From assembly GCA_964495725.1 (NCBI GenBank), contig CAZBWZ010000001.1, positions 5,070-69,069 of the forward strand: a stretch of DNA of 64,000 bases, in the 5' to 3' direction. Under the pieces are notes generated by a model that ran no database searches, was not told where the DNA came from, and saw only the letters and a list, made by a program, of their open reading frames with translations. A program made the position numbers and the translations under genes. Numbering within the stretch: the stretch's first letter is position 1; every line of letters starts with the position of its first letter. This DNA comes from an uncultured Bacteroides sp. Its GTDB lineage: Bacteria; Bacteroidota; Bacteroidia; Bacteroidales; Muribaculaceae. Of this stretch, positions 1 through 8,904 are shown piece by piece.

Positions 1-891
1 AACAACGCTATCGACAAAAACTGGCAGTACTTCCTCTTCCCGATGACATTCGTCGGCTTCGGCGTGCTCGGCGCCATGTTCCCCTTCCACACATGGAGCC
101 CCGACGGTCACGCATCGGCCCCCACAGCCGTTTCAATGCTCCATGCCGGCGTGCTCATGAAGCTCGGTGGTTACGGATGCTTCCGTGTCGCCATCTACCT
201 GATGCCCCAGGCCGCCAACGACCTTGCATGGATATTCCTTATCCTTACCGGTATCTCTGTGGTCTACGGTGCGTTCAGCGCATGCGTGCAGACAGACCTA
301 AAATACATCAACGCCTACTCATCGGTGTCACACTGCGGACTGGTGCTCTTCGCCATCCTCATGCTCAACACCACAGCGATGACCGGCGCCATCATGCAGA
401 TGCTCTCGCATGGTCTGATGACAGCCCTATTCTTCGCGCTCATCGGTATGATTTACGGACGTACCCACACACGTGACATCCGCCAGATGGGAGGCCTGAT
501 GCAGATCATGCCCTACCTCTCCGTATGTTACGTTATCGCCGGTATGGCCTCATTAGGTCTGCCCGGTCTCAGCGGCTTCGTCTCAGAGATGACCATCTTC
601 GTAGGCTCATTTGCCCACACCGACACATTCCACCGCGTATTCACCATCGTGGCGTGCAGCTCGATAGTCACCACCGCAGTCTACATCCTGCGTGTAGTCG
701 GCAAGTTGCTCTTCGGTCCGGTGCAGGATGACCACCACCGCCAGCTCACCGACGCAGTGTGGTGGGAGCGTCTCTCCACCGTCACCCTCATCGTGTGTGT
801 TGCAGCAATCGGTTGCTTCCCCAACTTCTTTGCCAATCTCATCCGCGCCACATTCACTCCTGAGATATTCACTGTATTAGGACTCAACTGA
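1..891 (+). CDS. nuoM: NADH-quinone oxidoreductase subunit M (5'-truncated by window)
   Basis: Frame 1 is open from base 1. Motifs FPFHTWSPDGHASAPT, LHAGVLMKLGGYG, AYSSVSH, LGLPGLSGFVSE. Directly upstream of nuoN. Confidence 0.95.
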   Translation, partial: NNAIDKNWQYFLFPMTFVGFGVLGAMFPFHTWSPDGHASAPTAVSMLHAGVLMKLGGYGCFRVAIYLMPQAANDLAWIFLILTGISVVYGAFSACVQTDLKYINAYSSVSHCGLVLFAILMLNTTAMTGAIMQMLSHGLMTALFFALIGMIYGRTHTRDIRQMGGLMQIMPYLSVCYVIAGMASLGLPGLSGFVSEMTIFVGSFAHTDTFHRVFTIVACSSIVTTAVYILRVVGKLLFGPVQDDHHRQLTDAVWWERLSTVTLIVCVAAIGCFPNFFANLIRATFTPEIFTVLGLN

Positions 892-907
892 TAAAGACTG
901 ATAAGAA

Positions 908-2371
908 ATGGATTACTCGCAATTTTTAGCAATGAAGCAAGAAATAGGATTGTTAATCGTATTCCTGTTAGTCTTCATCTACGACACATTCCTGCCCAAG
1001 TCGGCACAAAAGGGACTGCCCGTATTCACATGCGTGGCCATGCTTGTCCTCACATGCCTCGGCTTCGTGACATGCAATGCAAGTGTTGATGCTTTCGCCG
1101 GCATGTATCAGAGCTCGCCGGTCATCGTCAGCATCAAGAATATTCTCAACATCGGTGTTGTCATCGTGCTCATCCAGTCGATCAGCTGGACACGCTCCGA
1201 ACACATGAGCATCCGTCAGGGCGAATTTTACGAGCTGCTGCTCGTCACCCTCTTCGGCATGTACCTGATGATTTCGGCACGTCACTTCCTGCTTTTCGTC
1301 ATCGGTCTTGAGAGCGCTTCACTGCCTCTCGCAGCCATGGTGGCCCTCGACAAGCGCAAATATGACAGCGAGGAAGCAGCCGTGAAATACATCCTCACAG
1401 CCGTATTCTCATCGGCCGTGCTCATGATGGGTCTCTCATTCGTATATGCCATCGCAGGATCGCTCTACTTCAGCAACATCTACACCGGTCTGATCGGAGA
1501 GAACAGCCTGCTGCTGTGCGTGGCTCTCGCCTTCGTGATCTCAGGCTTCGGCTTCAAACTATCGCTCGTGCCCTTCCATCTCTGGACCGCCGACGTATAT
1601 CAGGGCGCACCCACCACTGTCACCTCCTATCTGTCGGTGATCTCAAAAGGCGCCGCCGCATTTGCATTCCTTGTAGCTCTCGCTCAGGCATTCGGCACAG
1701 TCTACTCCGATATTTGGGAGTGGATGCTCTACATACTGATCATCCTCACCATCACTGTCGGTAACCTCTTCGCCATCCGCCAGCGCAACATGAAGCGCTT
1801 TCTGGCATTCTCGTCAGTATCCCAGGCCGGCTACATCATGCTCGGTGTGATCGCGATGAACTCCATGGGCATGGCCGCGATGATGTATTACATCCTCGTA
1901 TACATCTTCTCCAACCTCGCCGCTTTCGGTGTGATCGGAGCCATCGAATATGCCACGGGCAAGGTCGATATGAATGATTACGACGGACTCTACAAGACCA
2001 ATCCACGTCTGGCCGTATCGATGATGCTTGCCATGTTCTCGCTCGCAGGTATCCCCCCGTTCGCAGGCTTCTTCTCTAAGTTCTTCATCTTCACCGGTGC
2101 CATCAACCAGGGATCGGTAGCCATCTACGTGCTGGTGCTCATCGCCCTTATCAACACCATCGTATCTCTCTACTATTACCTATTGGTGGTAAAGGCAATG
2201 TTCATCAACCCCAACGAACCGGTCATCGCACCTTTCCGCTCCACCACAAGCCAGCGCATCGGTCTGTGGATTACTGTAGCAGGCATCGTGCTCCTCGGCC
2301 TTGTAAGCTGCATCTACAACACCCTGCTTGTGCAGGCGGCTGATGCACCCATCAACATCTTCTTCAATTAA
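908..2371 (+). CDS. nuoN: NADH-quinone oxidoreductase subunit N
   Basis: Polytopic membrane protein with EAAVKY, FKLSLVPFHLWTADVYQGAPT, KRFLAFSSVSQAGY, SLAGIPPFAGFFSKF. Confidence 0.95.
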   Translation: MDYSQFLAMKQEIGLLIVFLLVFIYDTFLPKSAQKGLPVFTCVAMLVLTCLGFVTCNASVDAFAGMYQSSPVIVSIKNILNIGVVIVLIQSISWTRSEHMSIRQGEFYELLLVTLFGMYLMISARHFLLFVIGLESASLPLAAMVALDKRKYDSEEAAVKYILTAVFSSAVLMMGLSFVYAIAGSLYFSNIYTGLIGENSLLLCVALAFVISGFGFKLSLVPFHLWTADVYQGAPTTVTSYLSVISKGAAAFAFLVALAQAFGTVYSDIWEWMLYILIILTITVGNLFAIRQRNMKRFLAFSSVSQAGYIMLGVIAMNSMGMAAMMYYILVYIFSNLAAFGVIGAIEYATGKVDMNDYDGLYKTNPRLAVSMMLAMFSLAGIPPFAGFFSKFFIFTGAINQGSVAIYVLVLIALINTIVSLYYYLLVVKAMFINPNEPVIAPFRSTTSQRIGLWITVAGIVLLGLVSCIYNTLLVQAADAPINIFFN

Positions 2372-2409
2372 GCCACCTTACACTGCGACAGCAGTACGGC
2401 AATATGATT

Positions 2410-2447
2410 ACAGGCTGTGTCAATTTGTGACACAGCCTGTTTTATTT
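2410..2447 (+). terminator. Intrinsic terminator of the nuo operon
   Basis: Perfect 13-bp stem ACAGGCTGTGTCA / TGACACAGCCTGT with a 5-nt loop, followed by TTTATTT. Confidence 0.75.
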
Positions 2448-2460
2448 CATTAATATTTAT

Positions 2461-2468
2461 TACTTTTG
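2461..2468 (+). promoter_or_regulatory. Bacteroidetes -7 promoter element for the ydbST-like pair
   Basis: TACTTTTG matches TAnnTTTG and ends ~35 nt before the ATG at 2503. Confidence 0.6.
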
Positions 2469-2502
2469 CACTGACATCTCAATCACGACAAACCTACGAC
2501 AC

Positions 2503-2997
2503 ATGAGCAATCACCGGATAGTTATCGAAGAATTTGAGCCGATCGAACAGCTGGAATTCGAGCCTGTAAGCGAGAAATACAGAAACGTGCAGATGATATT
2601 GGCGTTGATAGCATATACGCTGCTCGTAGCCACAGCATCGCTGCTATTGTTGGCGGATAGTATTTGGTGGTTTATCGCTGCAGAGTCAGTTATCATAATA
2701 TCCGCTGTCGTCAATATGACGATACTCAGGAAGGCGTATCGGTTTAAAGGGTATGCGCTTCGCGAGCATGACATCACCTACCGTACAGGTGTGATATTTC
2801 CCAAGCTCACCACAATACCCTACACACGTATACAGCAGGTCAGCATCAGTCAGAATCCCGTATCCAGATACTTCGGATTATGCTCGGTGGATATCGTCAA
2901 TGGCGCACAGGGTCTTTCGTCATTAAATATCAAAGGTCTGCCCAAAGAAAAAGCAGACCAGATCAAAGGTGTCATCACTCAATTCATACAGCTATGA
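2503..2997 (+). CDS. YdbS-like membrane protein with bacterial PH domain (bPH_2)
   Basis: Two TM helices, then YALREHDITYRTGVIF..TTIPYTRIQQVSISQNPVSRYFGL, the bPH_2 signature. Confidence 0.8.
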   Translation: MSNHRIVIEEFEPIEQLEFEPVSEKYRNVQMILALIAYTLLVATASLLLLADSIWWFIAAESVIIISAVVNMTILRKAYRFKGYALREHDITYRTGVIFPKLTTIPYTRIQQVSISQNPVSRYFGLCSVDIVNGAQGLSSLNIKGLPKEKADQIKGVITQFIQL

Positions 2998-4460
2998 CAG
3001 ACTTCTCCAAGCCACAGAGGATGAGTCTGGGCGCTTTCGTCATCTATTTCCTGAAAACGTTCAAGTCAATACTGAGCCCAACTTTCATTTTCATTGTTAT
3101 CGAACTATTCCACACGGATGGTGGCATCCTCGGTAGTTTGCTTAAGATAGCTGCCATATTGGGTATCACGGTTGCTATAGCATTAATCTTAGCGTCCGCC
3201 GCATACTTTCAGATAAGATTTCATGTCGAGGACGGTTACCTCATCTACCGCCACTACATCATCAGCCGCGCCATCACAACAATACCCCTCAATCGTATTC
3301 ATTCACTCCGCACAAAACGCGGACTCCTGTACAGACTTCTCGATATGAGGGGAGTCGTTTTCGATACGCTTGCAGCAAAGGGAGCGGAAGTCGAACTCAT
3401 CCTCAACGAATCCGACTGGCAGAGTCTGCTTAACCGGATAGAGCACCAGGAGCGCACCCAGACTCAGACCACCGACACCCCTCCACCCTACGACCCCTCC
3501 ACCACAATGAAATTCAACAACAAGGATCTCATCATTGATGCTTTGTGCCAGAATCACCTCAAAGGTATGCTTGTGTTAGGAGGTTTTCTTGTTGCAATCC
3601 TTAACTCAGTGACCGACGTTTACGACAATGCTATCGAAATAATGGCAGATTACCTTGAGACCCATATCGGATCAATGGCTCTGTCAATGGCCGGAGCAGT
3701 CATCTTCTTTGCCATGACCTATCTGATATCCCTGATTCTATGGATGGGCAAAGTTGTGCTAAGCTACTACAACATGACCCTGAGTTACGACAGCAAGATG
3801 CTCTCTTTCAGCCACGGACTTATCTCACGTATGAGCAGTCGTTTCTCTCACGATAAGATCTGCACACTGTTGATAAAACGCAACTGGCCCGAGCGCCACT
3901 TGGGTCTCAGCACTATTTATCTTACACAGGCCGAAAACGCAAGCGCAAACAAAGACGAGGACAACCTGAAGATTTACAACCGCGATTGCTCTGAGTTCTT
4001 CCTCAAGTGGTGGTTGGGAGATAACTACAATACAGAACCCGAACAGTTAAATGCACGCTCGGGTAGAGGCGTATTCACGCGGTCGCTAATCTTTGACATC
4101 GTGATATCGGCGATACTCACCGCCATTTTATGTGAATTGAATCTGTATGGATGGCTGATTATTCCGGCAATCTATATGGTATTGGGCGTATTCACAGGCA
4201 TCTGTGCCATGCGTCACAGCCATATCACACTCAAGGAAACATATCTCATCATCGGTAACGGCAGACTCGCGGAGAAAAAGAATTTCCTAAAATACGACAA
4301 CATCGAAGTTGTGAGAATAAAACGCACACCGCTGACAAGATTCACACATCGTGCCAGCCTCACTATTGCCACCTCCGGCTCCTTACTGTCCGTCAGAAGC
4401 CTCAAAGAAGACGAGGCCACCTCCGTCTATGAATCCATCCTCTCCAGATCCCACACCTGA
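2994..4460 (+). CDS. YdbT-like membrane protein with multiple bPH_2 domains
   Basis: Start moved to ATG 2994 (ATGA overlap with the upstream stop). Three TM+PH modules (TTIPLNRIHSL, RFSHDKICTL, FLKYDNIEVVRIKRTPL). Confidence 0.78.
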   Translation: MTDFSKPQRMSLGAFVIYFLKTFKSILSPTFIFIVIELFHTDGGILGSLLKIAAILGITVAIALILASAAYFQIRFHVEDGYLIYRHYIISRAITTIPLNRIHSLRTKRGLLYRLLDMRGVVFDTLAAKGAEVELILNESDWQSLLNRIEHQERTQTQTTDTPPPYDPSTTMKFNNKDLIIDALCQNHLKGMLVLGGFLVAILNSVTDVYDNAIEIMADYLETHIGSMALSMAGAVIFFAMTYLISLILWMGKVVLSYYNMTLSYDSKMLSFSHGLISRMSSRFSHDKICTLLIKRNWPERHLGLSTIYLTQAENASANKDEDNLKIYNRDCSEFFLKWWLGDNYNTEPEQLNARSGRGVFTRSLIFDIVISAILTAILCELNLYGWLIIPAIYMVLGVFTGICAMRHSHITLKETYLIIGNGRLAEKKNFLKYDNIEVVRIKRTPLTRFTHRASLTIATSGSLLSVRSLKEDEATSVYESILSRSHT

Positions 4461-4507
4461 CTCACCCCCCCATTTTTTGTTAATAAAGTTTAAATTTAAA
4501 TCAATTT

Positions 4508-4537
4508 ATTGATAATCAAAAAAAAAAAATATCTTTG
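4508..4537 (+). promoter_or_regulatory. Serpin promoter with an A12 homopolymer in the -33/-7 spacer
   Basis: TTG at 4509-4511, A12 at 4518-4529, TATCTTTG (-7 consensus) at 4530-4537. Confidence 0.55.
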
Positions 4538-4647
4538 CAATGTTTCGACAGAATATCGCTGCTTTAATACCTGATTCACTACTTTTTTTTTCACTATTCA
4601 TAGTTTATCATTAAAAAAGATAACAATTCTACTTCGCATTACCAGTT

Positions 4648-5865
4648 ATGAAAAAGATTCCATTTTACTTGCTTACCTTCGGGTTGCTGCTAACCTCTTG
4701 TAATAACGATGAGGAAAATCTCTATACCGACAAAGCGGATGATACGGAGAATATTGATATTTCATCACAAACTAACATAAAGCAGGGGGAGATTGCGTCA
4801 ATGCCGCGCCCCTTTGAGTGGAAACTTCTCGGAGAAATATGCAAAGATGCCGATAATGTCATAATGTCTCCTATCGGATTGGAATATGTGCTTGCAATGG
4901 CAGCAAACGGAGCCAATGGAAATACAAGGGACGAAATTATCCGGCAATTATACTCAGAGAATACTGACATTGAAGACATAAACGACTATTATTGCAAGAT
5001 GTCAGAAACGCTGAATAATATAGATAACACGGTATCGTTTGTCTCAGTCAACTCTTTGTGGGCTGACAATAACTTGAATGTGTCTGAAGGTTTTACTTCA
5101 CAAATGAAATCTATATATGATGCAGAAACTTATCTGTCACCTAAAGAAGACATGGTGAATCAGGTCAACAAATGGATTGCAGAATCAACAAATGCCCGCA
5201 TATCCGGGATAATCGATAACCCTGCTCCATTTATTATCCTCAACGCCTCTTATCTCAAGGCCGGCTGGTCATGCAATTTTGATAAAACATCAACCGGTCA
5301 ATCGATATTTCATGGCAACACCAAATCTGTTACTGCCGACTTTATGTCAACATTCGAGAAACTGGAATACTGTGGCAATGACTTCTTTGATGTTGTACGT
5401 AAGGATCTTGGTAATGGCCAATTCTCGTTCAATCTGCTTCTGCCCAGAGGAGGTGTGAGCATCAGACAATGTATCGACTATCTCACAAATCATGGTGTGC
5501 CGAATACATGGGCAAGTCGATACGTATCGCTCAAAATGCCAAAATTCAAAGTCGATTACAGGGTCTCACTTCGCAATACCTTGATTAAACTCGGTATAAA
5601 AACGGCATTTGAATCATACGCTGATTTTTCTGAAATATCTCCGTACTCATTAATGCTATCCGATGTAAAACAATCGAATACAATCGAAGTGAATGAATCA
5701 GGCCTCGATGTTGCCTCGGTCAGCTCTGCCGAATTTGTGTTTTCAGCTACCGATCATAAATTTGACAACGTCATCACTCTCACAGCCGACCATCCGTTTA
5801 TATATTTTATAGCCGCAGACAACACTAATGTCATCCTTTATTATGGTGTGATAAATTCATTGTAA
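4648..5865 (+). CDS. Serpin-family lipoprotein (miropin-like)
   Basis: Lipobox LLLTS-C followed by acidic NNDEE. Serpin motifs NVIMSPIG, VNKWIAEST, ILNASYLKAGW, LKMPKFK, EVNESG and ADHPFIYFI. Confidence 0.9.
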   Translation: MKKIPFYLLTFGLLLTSCNNDEENLYTDKADDTENIDISSQTNIKQGEIASMPRPFEWKLLGEICKDADNVIMSPIGLEYVLAMAANGANGNTRDEIIRQLYSENTDIEDINDYYCKMSETLNNIDNTVSFVSVNSLWADNNLNVSEGFTSQMKSIYDAETYLSPKEDMVNQVNKWIAESTNARISGIIDNPAPFIILNASYLKAGWSCNFDKTSTGQSIFHGNTKSVTADFMSTFEKLEYCGNDFFDVVRKDLGNGQFSFNLLLPRGGVSIRQCIDYLTNHGVPNTWASRYVSLKMPKFKVDYRVSLRNTLIKLGIKTAFESYADFSEISPYSLMLSDVKQSNTIEVNESGLDVASVSSAEFVFSATDHKFDNVITLTADHPFIYFIAADNTNVILYYGVINSL

Positions 5866-5874
5866 CGAATACTG

Positions 5875-5929
5875 CAACAAAGTCAGGGGCCCATGATGAG
5901 GTGTTCATCATGGGCCCCTGACTTTGTTG
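5875..5929. terminator. 25-bp perfect inverted repeat between convergent serpin and btuD (bidirectional terminator / palindrome)
   Basis: CAACAAAGTCAGGGGCCCATGATGA - GGTGT - TCATCATGGGCCCCTGACTTTGTTG. Confidence 0.75.
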
Positions 5930-5997
5930 TCACATGATAATAACAACGAACTCTTGATATACCATGATACACACGATAAAAGGTGTATAGAGGTACT

Positions 5998-6756
5998 TTA
6001 TCTCTTCATGATCACAGTGCCGGTGGCGGCATCGAAGGTCATGCCGGCGTTGCGGAACAATCGGTCGATATAGCCGCTGACACGCATCTCCGCAGTAGGC
6101 ATACAGTGGAGATGCGGGCTATCGATCAGCGCGATACTGTCGCAGACCGACAGGGCTATGTCGAGTTCGTGAGTTGAGAAGAGAATACACTTGTCCTCAT
6201 CGTGAGCCAGACGTGCCAGCAACGAACAAAGCTCGTAGCGGTTGGGCATATCAAGAAATGACGTAGGCTCGTCGAGAAGGATAATCGGAGTAGACTGCGC
6301 AAGGGCGCGTGCGATCATCACGCGCTGTCCCTCGCCATCGCTCATACTGTCGAGAGTGCGGTCGGCGTAGGCCTCCATCCCCACTGCAGCCAGCGAGCGG
6401 TCCACAATCATCCTGTCGTCGGCATTGAGCCGCCCGATCCAGTTGGTATAAGGCGCACGGCCTATGGCCACTATATCACGGCAACTCAGGTTGGGAATAC
6501 GCGTGCGCTCGGTAGAGACGAAAGCCATGATCCTTGCCAGATCACCGGGGCGCATATCATTAGACTTCTTACCGTCGAGCAATATATCACCACTGTAATT
6601 ATGGTTGAGACCGGCGATAGCCCGCAGCAAAGTAGACTTGCCTGAGCCGTTGCGTCCTATCAGGGCCGTGAGACGGCCCTTCCCTATCGTTACATTAACG
6701 TGATCCAGCAGCATGCGGTCACCATATCCTATTGAGAAATCACTTAGAGTAATCAT
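5998..6756 (-). CDS. btuD: Cobalamin ABC transporter ATP-binding subunit
   Basis: Walker A GRNGSGKST, signature variant MSDGEGQRVMIARALAQ, Walker B ILLDEPT. Last gene of the btuGBFCD order. Confidence 0.85.
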   Translation of the reverse strand: MITLSDFSIGYGDRMLLDHVNVTIGKGRLTALIGRNGSGKSTLLRAIAGLNHNYSGDILLDGKKSNDMRPGDLARIMAFVSTERTRIPNLSCRDIVAIGRAPYTNWIGRLNADDRMIVDRSLAAVGMEAYADRTLDSMSDGEGQRVMIARALAQSTPIILLDEPTSFLDMPNRYELCSLLARLAHDEDKCILFSTHELDIALSVCDSIALIDSPHLHCMPTAEMRVSGYIDRLFRNAGMTFDAATGTVIMKR

Positions 6757-7736
6757 CGGGCTGTGACGGATTTATTGCGGAGCACCAACCACACGACAAT
6801 CGGAATACCAAGTAGTGACGTGATGGAGTTGATCGGCAGAGTGAATAACTTGGAAATCAGATCACACAACAACAATATCGCAGCCCCTGACAGCACCGTG
6901 GCTGGCACAAGCACGCGATGATCGCTGTCGCCGGCCATAAGACGCGTGACATGCGGCATCGCCAAGCCGATAAAACCAATCGGACCGCAGTAGGCAGTCA
7001 CCGTGCCCGCCAGCAACGTAGTGGAGAAGAACAGCAGTCCGCGGGCCAGGCGGATATCAAGACCCATCGTGACAGCATATTCCTCACCAAACAGCAACAG
7101 ATTGAGCGGCTTGATCGCCAATACCGCCAAAAACAGACCAAGGGCTACAGACGGCACGAGTACGGCAAGCTGTGTGGCAGTGACATCGCCTAATGACCCC
7201 ATGGTCCATATCACGAAAGCCTTAAGCGACTCCTCCCTGCTCAGGTACTGAAGGATCTGCACCACGGCACTGACACCTGACGAAAACATCGTGCCAAGTA
7301 TCAGGATAACCATAATGTCCCTCACCCTGTGACCGACAGCGGCTATCAGCAGCAGCACAAGCGCAGAACCAATCCATGCCGCACCGGCAATACCCAATGG
7401 AAAACTCACTCCGGCAAGCACTACCAGAGCCACGCCCAGACTCGCGCCTGAGCTGATACCCAGTACGTATGGGCCCGCCAATGGATTACGGAACAGAGTC
7501 TGCATCTGCAGACCGCTCACCGACAAGGCCGCTCCGGCAAGCATGGCGACCACCGCCTTGATAAGACGTATATCCAACACTATCCTTGCTGTAGCCGGCG
7601 GACAATCTCCACCCGTTACAGCCGCCCACACCTCGCTCAATGGTATCGACACCGCTCCTACCGACAAGTCAAGCAGAAACAGCAGCAACACTACTGCGAA
7701 AAGCAGGATAAACAATAATGATGTGCGCCGGCGCAT
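6753..7736 (-). CDS. btuC: Cobalamin ABC transporter permease (FecCD/BtuC family)
   Basis: LQMQTLFRNPLAGPYVLGISSGASLG, GEEYAVTMG, GPIGFIGLAMPH. Confidence 0.87.
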   Translation of the reverse strand: MRRRTSLLFILLFAVVLLLFLLDLSVGAVSIPLSEVWAAVTGGDCPPATARIVLDIRLIKAVVAMLAGAALSVSGLQMQTLFRNPLAGPYVLGISSGASLGVALVVLAGVSFPLGIAGAAWIGSALVLLLIAAVGHRVRDIMVILILGTMFSSGVSAVVQILQYLSREESLKAFVIWTMGSLGDVTATQLAVLVPSVALGLFLAVLAIKPLNLLLFGEEYAVTMGLDIRLARGLLFFSTTLLAGTVTAYCGPIGFIGLAMPHVTRLMAGDSDHRVLVPATVLSGAAILLLCDLISKLFTLPINSITSLLGIPIVVWLVLRNKSVTAR

Positions 7737-8879
7737 TTACTCCAGATGTTTATAGTAGACAAAATCATCCTCGACCAGTTCGGGATGGAATATCTTCACA
7801 AGGTCACGGAGCACAATATCAGGATTCACCACACCCGACTCAAAATAGTCATTGCCTCCGGTAGCAGTGGCGCGAAGGTTGTTATTATACACTTTCCCGT
7901 CAGATAGACAGCGTGTGCCAGTGAATTTCGGGCACATAGTCTTCACATCATCAAGTGATGATGCCGTGCCGGTATTGATCCATACATCTGCCTCCGACAC
8001 CAGCCGGTAAGCCTCCTCGATATCGATAGGCATAGATGAATTACCCGTATTCTTATCGCATAGATAATCGCCTCCGGCATCGCTTATCAGCCTCGCCGCA
8101 TAGCTGCCGACCGGCGGTACGTGCCATGTATCGCCGTACGGAGCGTTCACCATCACCCTGGGTCGAGTATTCCCGGCCTCGGCCACTTTCTGTTTCAGAG
8201 CGTTGTATCTCTGCGGGATTCCGGAAAAGACCTCCTCACCCCGCTCACGCTTGCCGGTGAGCTCCGACAGCGCCACGATCCATTCGGCTTTGCCCAGCGG
8301 ATCCTCCTCAAGGTAATCGCCTACATACATATACGGTATCCCCAGCTCGCGTAGCTTTCCCTCCATCGGGTTGGCACCGTTGACACCATAGAGCAACACG
8401 ATATCAGGCTCCAGCGACATCAGCAATTCATAGTTGACATTACCCTCATATCCCACATCGCCTATACTGTCGCGGCGCCTCTGTATCTCGGGATTATTAA
8501 CATAGTCGATCAACGACACGCCCACGATCCGGTCAGTCTCGCCTACTGCATCAAGCATCGCGATATGAGTCGACGACATCACCACAATCCTCCTGGCATC
8601 CCCTTTCAGTATCTGTCCGCCAAAGCCTTCTGGCGGATTCTCTCCGTTTCTTGACACGAACAGATAGGTCACCACACTGTCGGCTCCCTGCCAGGGATTC
8701 CTTACGGTGATGAGGACACTCTCCTGCCCCTCGGCACCCTTTATATCAAAGCCCGATGAATACACCGGTGTATACAGCTCCTTGTCAAAATCGCTTTCAA
8801 ATGACCGTCTGTTACCATTGCATGACATCGTCATGCAAAGTATCAGCATTATCAATATATGATTAGCCAATTTCATCAT
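7737..8879 (-). CDS. btuF: Cobalamin ABC transporter substrate-binding lipoprotein
   Basis: Lipoprotein signal ending MTMS-C; start taken at MMKLAN (8879). RIVVMSSTH, YLEEDPLGKAEW, GNDYFESGVVNPD motifs. Confidence 0.82.
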   Translation of the reverse strand: MMKLANHILIMLILCMTMSCNGNRRSFESDFDKELYTPVYSSGFDIKGAEGQESVLITVRNPWQGADSVVTYLFVSRNGENPPEGFGGQILKGDARRIVVMSSTHIAMLDAVGETDRIVGVSLIDYVNNPEIQRRRDSIGDVGYEGNVNYELLMSLEPDIVLLYGVNGANPMEGKLRELGIPYMYVGDYLEEDPLGKAEWIVALSELTGKRERGEEVFSGIPQRYNALKQKVAEAGNTRPRVMVNAPYGDTWHVPPVGSYAARLISDAGGDYLCDKNTGNSSMPIDIEEAYRLVSEADVWINTGTASSLDDVKTMCPKFTGTRCLSDGKVYNNNLRATATGGNDYFESGVVNPDIVLRDLVKIFHPELVEDDFVYYKHLE

Positions 8880-8904
8880 CCTTACTGTGTTTGTTGAAAT
8901 ATTC

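Noticed and set aside
2880-2993. N-terminal extensions from the ORF track (also 8880-8927, 36090-36104, 52800-52829)
   Set aside because: Downstream ATGs give coupled overlaps or clean signal peptides; the extensions overlap neighbouring genes or leaders.
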